In this document: in pieces, positions 9,264 to 17,894 of the stretch
How the letters are laid out: the number at the start of each line of letters is the position of its first letter
Position numbering within the stretch: position 1 is the first letter of the stretch
Origin: Anaerolineales bacterium
Lineage (GTDB): Bacteria; Chloroflexota; Anaerolineae; Anaerolineales; UBA11579
Assembly (NCBI GenBank): GCA_019637755.1
Contig: JAHBVC010000002.1
Coordinates: forward strand, 465,027-529,026
DNA: 64,000 bases
Direction: 5' to 3'
Notes under the pieces: generated by a model
What the model saw: only the letters and a program-made list of their open reading frames with translations
What the model was told of the DNA's origin: nothing
Databases searched by the model: none
Program-made: the position numbers and the translations under genes

Positions 9264-11240
9264 TTACCCTTGGGTCATCTTGAGGTAATCGCGTGGCTCG
9301 GCGGTGTCTGTAGACAGGCCAAGCAACTGGGCCAGCTCAACGATGAGCTTGGCCTTGGCATCCGCATCGCGCTGGCTCCAGGTGCGGCTCTTGATCTCTA
9401 CGAAGCTGCCCAGGGCCGGCGTGTCCATGCGGTCTACGTTGACGTAGAAATCGGTGTCGCGGAAGCGTACCAGCCAGCGGCGGCGGTCCTTCTCGACCTC
9501 GACCTCACGTTCGGGTTGGAAGTATTCACGGTAGAAGCGCAAGCTTTGGTCCGCCGGTGCCAGGTAGCGGCTGCGTGAGAGCACCACCTCGCTGGGCAGA
9601 TCCCGCTCGTGCGAGTCACCGATCAGGGTCAGGCGATAGCGCGAGTGGTCAGGCTGGCCGTTCTCCTTGAGGAAGACGTCTTCACGATAGCGCAGGATGT
9701 ACTTCTCATCCGAGGGGAAGATGAAATAGCTGTCGTACTCGTGATAGTGGCGTTGGTACACGATCTTGATCTCGGGATGCTGCAGGGCGGCCACCACGGG
9801 CTCGGGGTCTTCCACCGGCACTTTGAGTTGCGCCTCGAAGCTCTCTTCCTGCGTGGCACCACCGATGGCGATGAGCTTGGTGAGCACGGACTTCTCACGG
9901 GCGATGAGGAATTTGTCAATCTTCTTGGCCAGCTCGCCAGCCTGTTCGAGCAACGCAGTCTCATCCAGCGTGGTGAGCTGCTTGCTCTGCATGAGCCACT
10001 TGCCGTTGACCATGACATCGGTCACATCTGTGGACTTGGCGGCATAGACGATCTGCGAATAGGTGCTGTTGGGGTCTCGGCTGAAGTGCGGCGAGGCGTG
10101 CAGGGTGTCAATATCCACCACGATGAGGTCAGCACGCTTGCCGGGCTCCAGCGAACCGGTGATGTCGCCGATATGCATGGCCTGCGCGCCGAGGCGGGTA
10201 GCCATGAGCAGCGCAGTCTGCGCGGGCAGCACAGTGGGGTCACTCTCGCGCAGCTTGGCGAGGAAGGCGGCCAGGCGCACTTCCTCAAACATGTCGAGGT
10301 CGTTATTGGAGGCGGGGCCATCGGTGCCGATACCGACGTTGAGGCCGGCGCGCAGCATCTCATTGACCGGCGCAGCGCCGGAGGCCAGCTTCATGTTGGA
10401 CGAAGGGTTGTGCGAGACGCCTACGTTGTAGTGGGCGAAGGTGTTGATCTCACCTTTGTCGAGGTGCACACAGTGGGCGGCGAGTACTTTGGCGTCAAAG
10501 AGATTCTGCTTCTTGACGTAAGGCACAACCGGCATACCCCATTCTTTGCGGGCGTTCTCGACCTCGAAGGAGGTCTCGGCAATGTGGGTGTGCAGGGGCA
10601 CATCAAACTCCACCGCCAGGGCAGCGGAGGCGCGCAAGAGCTCCTCGGTGCTGCTGTAAGGCGCGTGCGGCGAGACAGCGGGCACGATGAGCGGATGGCC
10701 CTTCCATTTTTGGATGAATTCACGCGTGTACGCCAGCGACTCTTCGTAGAACTTGGCGTCTGGCGTGGGGAACTTCATGATGGTCTGCCCGCACACGGCG
10801 CGCATGCCGGCGGCGGCGGCCGCTTCGGCCACGGTGGACTCGTAGTAGTACATGTCGGCGAAGCTGGTGATGCCGGAGCGGATGTATTCGGCGCAGCCGA
10901 TGGAGGTGCCGAGGTGCACAAAGTCAGGCGTGACGAATTCGCGCTCCACCGGGATCATGAAGCCCATCAGCCACACATCCAAGCGCAGGTCATCCGCCAG
11001 GCCGCGCAGCAGAGTCATGGGCACGTGCGTGTGGGCGTTGACCAGGCCGGGCATCACCACTTTACCGCGGCAATCCAGTTTGTCTGCGGATTCGTACTCT
11101 TTCAGGATTTCATCTTCCGGCCCGGCGGCCAGAATGCTGTCACCGAGGATGGCGACGGCGCCCTTGGGGAATTGGTGCATCTCCTCATTCATGGTGAGGA
11201 CGTGGGCGTTAGTAAGGATTAGGTCTGCTTTAGTAGCCAA
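9264..11240 (-). CDS. mtaD: Amidohydrolase (5-methylthioadenosine/S-adenosylhomocysteine deaminase-like) fused to a C-terminal CYTH-like domain
   Basis: 658 aa. N-terminal ~440 aa carry PGLVNAHTHVPMTLLRG, HTHIAET and GIGTDG (MtaD/amidohydrolase). C-terminal ~190 aa carry FEAQLKV..YILRYRE..EKDRRRWLV..VNVDRMDTPALGSFVEIKS (CyaB/CYTH-like). TTG start. Confidence 0.8.
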   Translation of the reverse strand: MATKADLILTNAHVLTMNEEMHQFPKGAVAILGDSILAAGPEDEILKEYESADKLDCRGKVVMPGLVNAHTHVPMTLLRGLADDLRLDVWLMGFMIPVEREFVTPDFVHLGTSIGCAEYIRSGITSFADMYYYESTVAEAAAAAGMRAVCGQTIMKFPTPDAKFYEESLAYTREFIQKWKGHPLIVPAVSPHAPYSSTEELLRASAALAVEFDVPLHTHIAETSFEVENARKEWGMPVVPYVKKQNLFDAKVLAAHCVHLDKGEINTFAHYNVGVSHNPSSNMKLASGAAPVNEMLRAGLNVGIGTDGPASNNDLDMFEEVRLAAFLAKLRESDPTVLPAQTALLMATRLGAQAMHIGDITGSLEPGKRADLIVVDIDTLHASPHFSRDPNSTYSQIVYAAKSTDVTDVMVNGKWLMQSKQLTTLDETALLEQAGELAKKIDKFLIAREKSVLTKLIAIGGATQEESFEAQLKVPVEDPEPVVAALQHPEIKIVYQRHYHEYDSYFIFPSDEKYILRYREDVFLKENGQPDHSRYRLTLIGDSHERDLPSEVVLSRSRYLAPADQSLRFYREYFQPEREVEVEKDRRRWLVRFRDTDFYVNVDRMDTPALGSFVEIKSRTWSQRDADAKAKLIVELAQLLGLSTDTAEPRDYLKMTQG

Positions 11241-11304
11241 TCATTTCCCTTTCGATAATCTTGCCAAGCGAGGCAAGCCAATAAGTGCTTGAAATTAAAT
11301 TGGC

Positions 11305-12468
11305 CTAGTTTACCTCATCCAGCAGCTTGCGCCGCAGGAAAGACAGCGCCAGGCTGGTGGCCCAGCCAGCGGCCTGGGTGGTGTGGCCGCCGTAGGGGAA
11401 GGCGACATGGTGTGAAATTTTGAGGCCAGTGATGAAGATTTCCAGCTCGTGGCTGCCGTCTTTGGTGGCGCGCAGCTCAACCGCCAGCACCAGATCGGCG
11501 CGCACTTTGGAGGCGTACTCTGTGGCAGCCAGCTTGAGCGGCTCAGTGCGCAGCGTGGCATGCAGCACCTCGCCACCAACGAAGGCGTTGCCCTCGCCGG
11601 TGAAGGCTTTGACGATGGCGCCATTGAGCCCCTTCTCCAGTACGGCGATGGTTTGCTTGCGCTGGGCCACTTCACGCAATACGGCGCGAGCGAGGGTCTC
11701 TTCGTCTACGCCGTGCACCCAGTCACCCAGGCGCTGGCGCACTTCGGCCTCGAGGGTGTCCAGCATCTCGGCGGCCTGCTCGGCGCTCTCGGCCTTGGCG
11801 GTGAGGCGCACGTCTACGCTGCCGGCATGGGCCGCCAAGCCCACGGTGGGATTGGTCTGGCGCTCCAGGTCAGCCAGGTGTTGATCGATCTGCGATTCGG
11901 GCACGCCGGCGGTGTGCAGCACGCGCGCACGGATGACACCAGTGAGGCCGAAGCGTTCTTTGAAGTAGGGCAGGATGCCGTGCTCGTAGAGGTAGCGCAT
12001 TTCGCTGGGCACACCGGGCACGGCGATGACCACTTTGCCGTTATGTTCCACCAGCACGCCGGGGGCGCTGCCCACGGCGTTCTCCAGGCTGCGGCCGCCC
12101 ACGGGCAGCTCGGCCTGGCGCTTGTTGTTCTCGCTGGGCGTGCGCTTCATGCGCGCAAAGCGCGCCTCGATTTGCTCCCACAGCTCGGGGCGGAATTCAA
12201 GCACAACGCCGAGGGCGCGGGCAATGCCTTCACGCGTGACATCGTCCACCGTGGGGCCGAGGCCGCCGGTGCACAGCAGGATGTCTGAGCGGCTGAGGCC
12301 GAGGGTCACGGCATCGGCAATACGCTGCTCATTGTCGCCCACGGTGGAGGTGTAATACAGGTCAATGCCGGCGTCACGCAGTTGGCGCGCCAAGTACTGG
12401 GTGTTGGTATCGGTGATTTCACCGAGCAGCAGCTCGGTACCGATGGTAAGGATTTCTGCGGAGGGCAT
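11305..12468 (-). CDS. cinA: CinA-family competence/damage-inducible protein (MoCF-binding domain plus divergent C-terminal domain)
   Basis: 387 aa. MPSAEILTIGTELLLGEITDTNTQYLA..LLCTGGLGPTVDDVT is the CinA N-terminal domain. Confidence 0.85.
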   Translation of the reverse strand: MPSAEILTIGTELLLGEITDTNTQYLARQLRDAGIDLYYTSTVGDNEQRIADAVTLGLSRSDILLCTGGLGPTVDDVTREGIARALGVVLEFRPELWEQIEARFARMKRTPSENNKRQAELPVGGRSLENAVGSAPGVLVEHNGKVVIAVPGVPSEMRYLYEHGILPYFKERFGLTGVIRARVLHTAGVPESQIDQHLADLERQTNPTVGLAAHAGSVDVRLTAKAESAEQAAEMLDTLEAEVRQRLGDWVHGVDEETLARAVLREVAQRKQTIAVLEKGLNGAIVKAFTGEGNAFVGGEVLHATLRTEPLKLAATEYASKVRADLVLAVELRATKDGSHELEIFITGLKISHHVAFPYGGHTTQAAGWATSLALSFLRRKLLDEVN

Positions 12469-12474
12469 AGCACT

Positions 12475-12480
12475 ATCCTA
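12475..12480 (-). promoter_or_regulatory. -10 box TAGGAT, 6 nt upstream of cinA ATG
   Basis: Minus strand reads TAGGAT-AGTGCT-ATG with no SD. Confidence 0.4.
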
Positions 12481-12533
12481 ATCGAGAAACTGTGGGGAAT
12501 TTGTAAGCTTTAGTATTGCAAACCAACATCACC

Positions 12534-12577
12534 GTCTTTGCGAGGCGCAGGCTTGCCTGCGCACGAAGCAATCCCCA
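12534..12577 (+). repeat. Interspersed palindromic repeat, family A
   Basis: GTCTTTGCGAGG-[hairpin CGCAGGCTTGCCTGCG]-CACGAAGCAATCCCCA. Confidence 0.85.
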
Positions 12578-12597
12578 CGCTTGAATACAAATTGACT

Positions 12598-12659
12598 TGG
12601 GGATTGCTTCGTCAATTAGGAGCTGCACTTCGTGCAGCTCCTAATCTCCTCGCAAAGAC
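12598..12659 (-). repeat. Interspersed palindromic repeat, family A, inverted partner of 12534..12577
   Basis: TGGGGATTGCTTCG-[hairpin AGGAGCTGCAC..GTGCAGCTCCT]-CTCCTCGCAAAGAC. Confidence 0.85.
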
Positions 12660-12673
12660 AGTCATGCGCTTCC

Positions 12674-13825
12674 CTAGACGACGTTGTACTCTTTGAGCGA
12701 GTCGCCACTGAAGCGGTCGAGGGTTAGTGCGGACACATCCACCGAGGTGGCGGCACCATCCAGCATGATCTCGGTCATCAGCTTGCCGGCAATCGGGCCG
12801 TGCATGAAGCCGTGGCCAGAGAAACCACCCACGAGGTAGAAGCCCTGTACTGGCGTTGCGCCGAAGATAGGATGGGCGTCCGGCGTGACTTCGTAGAGGC
12901 CCGCCCAATGGCTGGCCAAGCCGGCCTGCTCCAAGAGCGGTAAACGCGCTACGCCATTTTCCATGTGCACCAGTTCCCATTCGGGGTCCACGTTCTGGTC
13001 AAAGCCCGGGGCCTGGTCAGGATTGGACATGCCGGTAAGCAAGCCTTCGCCCTCACGATGGAAATACAGCGACTTGGCAAAATCGATCACGAAGGGAAAA
13101 TCAGCGGGGATGCCGGCCAGCGGCGTGGTGGTGACGATCTGGCGGCGCACCGGGATGATCGGAATGTCTACGCCGGCCATCTTGCCGATGGGCGCGGCCC
13201 ACGGGCCGGCGGCGTTGAGCACCAACGGGGCCGCGATGCTGCCCTGGTTGGTGTGCACGCCGGTGATGGCACCACCCTCGACTTGCAGACCGGTGACCTC
13301 GATGTTGCCGAGGCAGGTAGCGCCCAGCTTGGTGGCGGCGTTGATGTAGCCCATCACCACGCTGTTGGGGTCGCACAGGCCATCAGCGGCGTTGTACGTG
13401 CCTTTGAGCACGTCATCCAGATTCATTTGCGGCAAGCGAGCGCGGATCTCATCACCGGAGAGCCATTGGGTGTCTACACCGAGGCTGTTTTGCAGGGCGA
13501 CATTTTTTTTGAAGACGGCAATGTCCGCATCGTTGGTGAGCAGGAATAAATAGCCACACTTGCGGTAATCCACCTCCTGGCCGATCTCTTCCGGGAAGCG
13601 TTCCAGCATGGGTAGGCTGGCAAGGCTGAGGCGAATATTGACCTCGGTGCCGAACTGGTAGCGCACGCCGCCGGCGCAGCGGCCGGTAGCGCCCTGCCCG
13701 AAGAATTCATCCTTCTCGAGCAGCGCCACATCTTTGATGCCGCGCTGGGCGAGGTGATAGGCGGCCGAGGCGCCCATGACGCCACCGCCGATGATGACCA
13801 CTGAAGCTGTTTTGGGAAGACTCAA
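12674..13825 (-). CDS. FAD-dependent oxidoreductase (sarcosine oxidase beta / D-amino-acid dehydrogenase-like)
   Basis: 383 aa with dinucleotide fold VVIIGGGVMGASAAYHLAQRG. TTG start preceded by AAGGAGAA. Confidence 0.85.
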   Translation of the reverse strand: MSLPKTASVVIIGGGVMGASAAYHLAQRGIKDVALLEKDEFFGQGATGRCAGGVRYQFGTEVNIRLSLASLPMLERFPEEIGQEVDYRKCGYLFLLTNDADIAVFKKNVALQNSLGVDTQWLSGDEIRARLPQMNLDDVLKGTYNAADGLCDPNSVVMGYINAATKLGATCLGNIEVTGLQVEGGAITGVHTNQGSIAAPLVLNAAGPWAAPIGKMAGVDIPIIPVRRQIVTTTPLAGIPADFPFVIDFAKSLYFHREGEGLLTGMSNPDQAPGFDQNVDPEWELVHMENGVARLPLLEQAGLASHWAGLYEVTPDAHPIFGATPVQGFYLVGGFSGHGFMHGPIAGKLMTEIMLDGAATSVDVSALTLDRFSGDSLKEYNVV

Positions 13826-13847
13826 CGCATTCTCCTTGATGAAGCGG

Positions 13848-14840
13848 TTACCAGGCTACCTGGGTGCCAATGCCCAGTTTGCGGGCATTGGCAACGGCGA
13901 CGCGGGCGGCCATGGCATCTTGCACGGCCACGCCCACAGATTTGAAGAAGGTGATCTGTTCGGCGGCGCTGCGCCCGGCCGCCTGGCCGTTGAGCACCGC
14001 GCCGATCTCGTGAATATCGTCAGCGGCCATCAGACCCTGTTGCAGGGTCATGGCAATCTCGCCACTCTCGGCCTGCGTGGCCGAGCGGCTGTCTACGGTG
14101 ACGTACGCACGCGATACCAGCTCACTGGGCACCTCTATCGCATCGGCGGTATAGGAGCCGGCGGCGTTGATGTGCGTGCCGGGGCGCACATCGGCGGCGG
14201 CGAAGACGGGTGTGGGGCTGGTGGTGGCAGTGCTGATAATGTCGGCGTTGGCGGCCGCCTCTTGCGGGCTGGCGGCGGCACGCAAGTCTTTGGGAATGCG
14301 CCCCACCCCGGCCATCTCGGCGATGAAGGCGGCGGCCTGCTCCGGGTTGGGCGAATACACCCACGCGGTTTGGATATCGCGCACTTCGCAGGCGGCGGCC
14401 AACTGCGTGCGGGCCTGCACGCCAGCGCCGAAGACCGCTACCGTGCACGCATCCGGGCGGGCGAGCACATCCGTGGCGGCGCCGCAGCCGGCGCCGGTGC
14501 GGATGGCGGTGACCGCCGCGCCTTCGAGGATGGCTTGCAGCGCGCCCGTCTCCGGATCGAAGGCCAGCACCACGGCGTTGATCAGCGGCAGGCCGCGGGA
14601 TGGATTCTTGTTGAACAGCGAGACCAACTTGACGGCCAACGCCTGCTCTGCAACCGACGCACCGTCCACGAAGGCGGGCATGAGGATGCTCAGGCCCTCG
14701 TGCGGGGCCACGTTCAGGCGCGAGCGCAGCGGCACCTCGGCAGCGCCGCCAGACAGCGCGGCATAGGCCTGCTTCATGGCGGCGATGCACTCATGCATCG
14801 GCAGCGCCTGGCGGACTTCATTGGCGGTGAGGATCAGCAT
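13848..14840 (-). CDS. Ornithine cyclodeaminase / mu-crystallin family protein
   Basis: 330 aa with AIRTGAG and VAVFGAGVQA Rossmann motifs typical of the OCD family. Confidence 0.85.
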   Translation of the reverse strand: MLILTANEVRQALPMHECIAAMKQAYAALSGGAAEVPLRSRLNVAPHEGLSILMPAFVDGASVAEQALAVKLVSLFNKNPSRGLPLINAVVLAFDPETGALQAILEGAAVTAIRTGAGCGAATDVLARPDACTVAVFGAGVQARTQLAAACEVRDIQTAWVYSPNPEQAAAFIAEMAGVGRIPKDLRAAASPQEAAANADIISTATTSPTPVFAAADVRPGTHINAAGSYTADAIEVPSELVSRAYVTVDSRSATQAESGEIAMTLQQGLMAADDIHEIGAVLNGQAAGRSAAEQITFFKSVGVAVQDAMAARVAVANARKLGIGTQVAW

Positions 14841-14846
14841 GGGGCA

Positions 14847-14852
14847 ATTCTA
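14847..14852 (-). promoter_or_regulatory. -10 box TAGAAT, 6 nt upstream of the OCD-family ATG
   Basis: Minus strand reads TAGAAT-TGCCCC-ATG with no SD. Confidence 0.45.
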
Positions 14853-14893
14853 AACCAGTGATGTATCAACTAACCCTCCCATTGAATTAACTC

Positions 14894-16927
14894 TTGGCGT
14901 ACTGTTCACCTCCCCTATCCCAATGGAGAGTGAGGACTATACGCAAATCCATATCGGGGCGAGGGCAGCCAGCGCAGAACGGGGCTGAGGGCTATAATCG
15001 CTCACCAGGCCCACTGGGCCGAGGAGCGACCCTGAGCGAGGATCAACCCACCCGCAACCTGGATATTTCCGAGAACGCCAGCCGCCATAGCCAACTGCGT
15101 CAGGGGGAAGTGCTGCAGGAGCGCTACGAGATCCAGGAGATCGTAGGCATCGGCGGCATGGGCTCGGTGTACCGCGCCCGCGACAAGAACTTCAAGGCTA
15201 TCCGCCTGGTGGCGATCAAGGAGATGATCAGCCAGGTGACCGATCCGCTGGTGCGCAAGAACATCTTCCAGATCTTCGAGCGCGAGGCCAACATCCTCGC
15301 CACGCTGCGCCACCCTTCCATTCCGCGCATCTACGATTACTTCACCATTGGCGAGCGCGCCTACCTGGTGCTGGAATTTATCCACGGCAAGAACCTGGAG
15401 CAGTTGCTCTCCGAAACCAGCGGCTTCTTTCCTGAAGAGCAAGTGCTCGCCTGGGCGGTGGAGCTGTGCGACGTGCTGGATTATCTGCACAGCCACAAAC
15501 CGGAGCCGATCATCTTCCGGGACATCAAGCCCTCCAACATTATGAACACACTGCAGAACCATATTGCGCTGGTGGATTTTGGCATCGCCAAGGTGTTTGA
15601 GTCGGGCCAGAAGAACACGATGGTCGGCACGCAGGGCTACTCGCCGCCAGACCAGTACCGCGGTGAGGCCACGCCCAAGGTGGATATTTACGCCCTGGGC
15701 GCTACCTTGCACCATCTGCTGACGCTGCGCGACCCGCAACTGGAAGCGCCCTTCTCTTTCGGCGAACGCCTGATCGGCGAGATCAACCCCAACGTCAGCC
15801 GTGAGCTGGCCGCGGTGGTGGAACGCGCTCTGGAGTACAAGCCGGAAGACCGCTACGACAGCGCCATTGAAATGAAGGAAGCGCTGATCAATGTAGCGCG
15901 CAAGACCGGCACGCTGCTCAACCTGAGCATCCCCACGGCGGTGAGCGGCGGTATGCCCAGCCGCGGCGTGGGCGTCAAGCCGCTGTGGAGCTTTCAGGCC
16001 GAGGACGAGCTGCGCAGCTCCGCTAGCTATCATGACGGCACGCTCTACATTGGCTGCTACGACAACAACCTCTACGCGCTGGATGCCGCCAACGGCGAAT
16101 TCAAGTGGAAGTACCCCACGGATGGCGGCATTGCCAGCAAGCCGGCCATCTTTGACAACAATATCTACTTCGGCTCTGAAGATAAGCGCCTGCATGTCAT
16201 CTCCACCCGTTCCGGCAAAGTAGTATGGACGCACTACACGGATGGGCCGGTGCGCTCCTCGCCGCGCATTGCCGAGGGCCACGTATTCATCGGCTCAGAC
16301 GACGGCAGCCTGCACGCGGTGAGCCTGAGCAGCGGGCGCCTGGCCTGGCGCTCCGAGGTCGGCTCGCCGGTGCGCTCCACGCCGTGGGTCGGCAACGAGC
16401 ACATCTACTTTGGCTCCGAAGCGGGCGATTTCACCGCCACTGATTTCCGCGGCGACCCGAAGTGGCGCTTCAAGGCCAAACGCGCCATCACCTCCTCGCC
16501 CGTGCTGCAAGACGGCGTGGTGTATTTCAATTCGATGGACGGCACGCTCTACGCGCTGGACGCCAACTCCGGCTGGGCCGTGTGGCGCTTCCGCCTCGGC
16601 AAGGGCAGCATCTGCACCCCGGCCATCGCCGGCAACGTGCTCTACACCGGGGCGGCCGACCACATCATCTATGCAATTGACACGCGCTCGGCCAAAGAAC
16701 TGTGGCGCTACACCACCGAACACCAGGTGAATGGCTCACCGATCGTGCATCGCGATGCGGTGTATTGCGGCTCGGTGGACGGCAGCCTGTACTGCCTCGA
16801 CGCGGCCAGCGGGCGCCTGCGCTGGCGCTACCAGACCGAAGGGCCGATCACCGGCACGCCGGTAGCGCATGACGACATGATCTTTATTGGTTCCACTGAT
16901 AAGCGCGTATATGCCTTCCTGGCATAG
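14894..16927 (+). CDS. Ser/Thr protein kinase fused to a C-terminal PQQ-like beta-propeller repeat domain (start codon uncertain)
   Basis: Kinase motifs GIGGMGSVYRA, AIKE, FRDIKPSN, DFGIAK and GTQGYSPPDQ. Then about 8 repeats of the type G.LYALDA.SG...W+. There is no in-frame ATG before the kinase domain. Candidate starts are TTG 14894, GTG 14930, CTG 15032 and GTG ~15107. Confidence 0.85.
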   Translation: MAYCSPPLSQWRVRTIRKSISGRGQPAQNGAEGYNRSPGPLGRGATLSEDQPTRNLDISENASRHSQLRQGEVLQERYEIQEIVGIGGMGSVYRARDKNFKAIRLVAIKEMISQVTDPLVRKNIFQIFEREANILATLRHPSIPRIYDYFTIGERAYLVLEFIHGKNLEQLLSETSGFFPEEQVLAWAVELCDVLDYLHSHKPEPIIFRDIKPSNIMNTLQNHIALVDFGIAKVFESGQKNTMVGTQGYSPPDQYRGEATPKVDIYALGATLHHLLTLRDPQLEAPFSFGERLIGEINPNVSRELAAVVERALEYKPEDRYDSAIEMKEALINVARKTGTLLNLSIPTAVSGGMPSRGVGVKPLWSFQAEDELRSSASYHDGTLYIGCYDNNLYALDAANGEFKWKYPTDGGIASKPAIFDNNIYFGSEDKRLHVISTRSGKVVWTHYTDGPVRSSPRIAEGHVFIGSDDGSLHAVSLSSGRLAWRSEVGSPVRSTPWVGNEHIYFGSEAGDFTATDFRGDPKWRFKAKRAITSSPVLQDGVVYFNSMDGTLYALDANSGWAVWRFRLGKGSICTPAIAGNVLYTGAADHIIYAIDTRSAKELWRYTTEHQVNGSPIVHRDAVYCGSVDGSLYCLDAASGRLRWRYQTEGPITGTPVAHDDMIFIGSTDKRVYAFLA

Positions 16928-16940
16928 CAAAGAGACCTCA

Positions 16941-17843
16941 ATGAATTTCTTCAAGAACCTCTTCCGCAAGAAAAAGCCCGTCTCCGCCCCGCTGCCCAGC
17001 AACGCCGCCACCGCCCCGTTGAGCGAGGCACAGGTGTGGGATCTGGCCAACGGCGAACGCGACGGCAAGTACATTCACCTGATCGCCGGTAGCGCCCTGG
17101 ATCAGGGCCAGCGCCGCGAGAACAACGAAGATAGCTTGCTGTGCTTCAACGGCACCCTCGGGGCCGCCAACAGCAGCCTGCCGCTGGGCCTGTATGTGAT
17201 TGCCGATGGCATGGGCGGCCACCGCAGCGGCGAAGTGGCCAGCGAGACGGCCGTGCGCGCCCTGGGCCAGTACCTGATGCAGCGCCTGTATAAGCCGCTG
17301 TTCGGGCCAGACCCGCAGCCCGCGGAAGAATCGCTGCGCGAGCTAATGGAAGGCGCCGTGAACGAAGCGCACCGCGCCGTCAAACGCGCCGCCCCCGGCG
17401 GCGGCTGCACACTCACCGCGGCGTTGGTGGTGGGCACTCAACTGGTCATCGCCCACCTGGGCGATAGCCGCGCCTACCTGGTGCATCGCGATGGGCGCAT
17501 GCAGCAGCTTACCAACGATCACACCCTGGTGCGCCGCCTGCAGGAGATGGGCCAGCTCACCGAAGCCGAAGCGGCCGACCACCCGCAAAAATCGGTGCTC
17601 TACCGCGCCCTGGGCCAGGGCGATCTGGTGCAGGCGGATTTCTTCAGTGGCACCCTCTCCCCCAATAGTTTCTTGCTGCTGTGCTCAGACGGCTTGTGGG
17701 GCTATGTCGACGAAGACGACATCCAGACCATCGTCAACGCCACCGCCAGCCCCTACCTGGCCTGCCTGCACCTGGTGGAGACCGCCAACGCCGCCGGCGG
17801 GCCAGACAATATCTCCGTCGTGCTGGCGCGCCTCGTCCACTAG
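16941..17843 (+). CDS. PP2C-family Ser/Thr protein phosphatase
   Basis: RRENNEDS, VIADGMGGHRSGEVAS, GDSRAYL and CSDGLW motifs. ORF trimmed to ATG 16941, which lies 14 nt after the kinase stop. Confidence 0.9.
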   Translation: MNFFKNLFRKKKPVSAPLPSNAATAPLSEAQVWDLANGERDGKYIHLIAGSALDQGQRRENNEDSLLCFNGTLGAANSSLPLGLYVIADGMGGHRSGEVASETAVRALGQYLMQRLYKPLFGPDPQPAEESLRELMEGAVNEAHRAVKRAAPGGGCTLTAALVVGTQLVIAHLGDSRAYLVHRDGRMQQLTNDHTLVRRLQEMGQLTEAEAADHPQKSVLYRALGQGDLVQADFFSGTLSPNSFLLLCSDGLWGYVDEDDIQTIVNATASPYLACLHLVETANAAGGPDNISVVLARLVH

Positions 17844-17894
17844 TACCCACGGCTGAGCGCAGGCGCCAGGGCTGCACTACAATACAGCCCAGCG

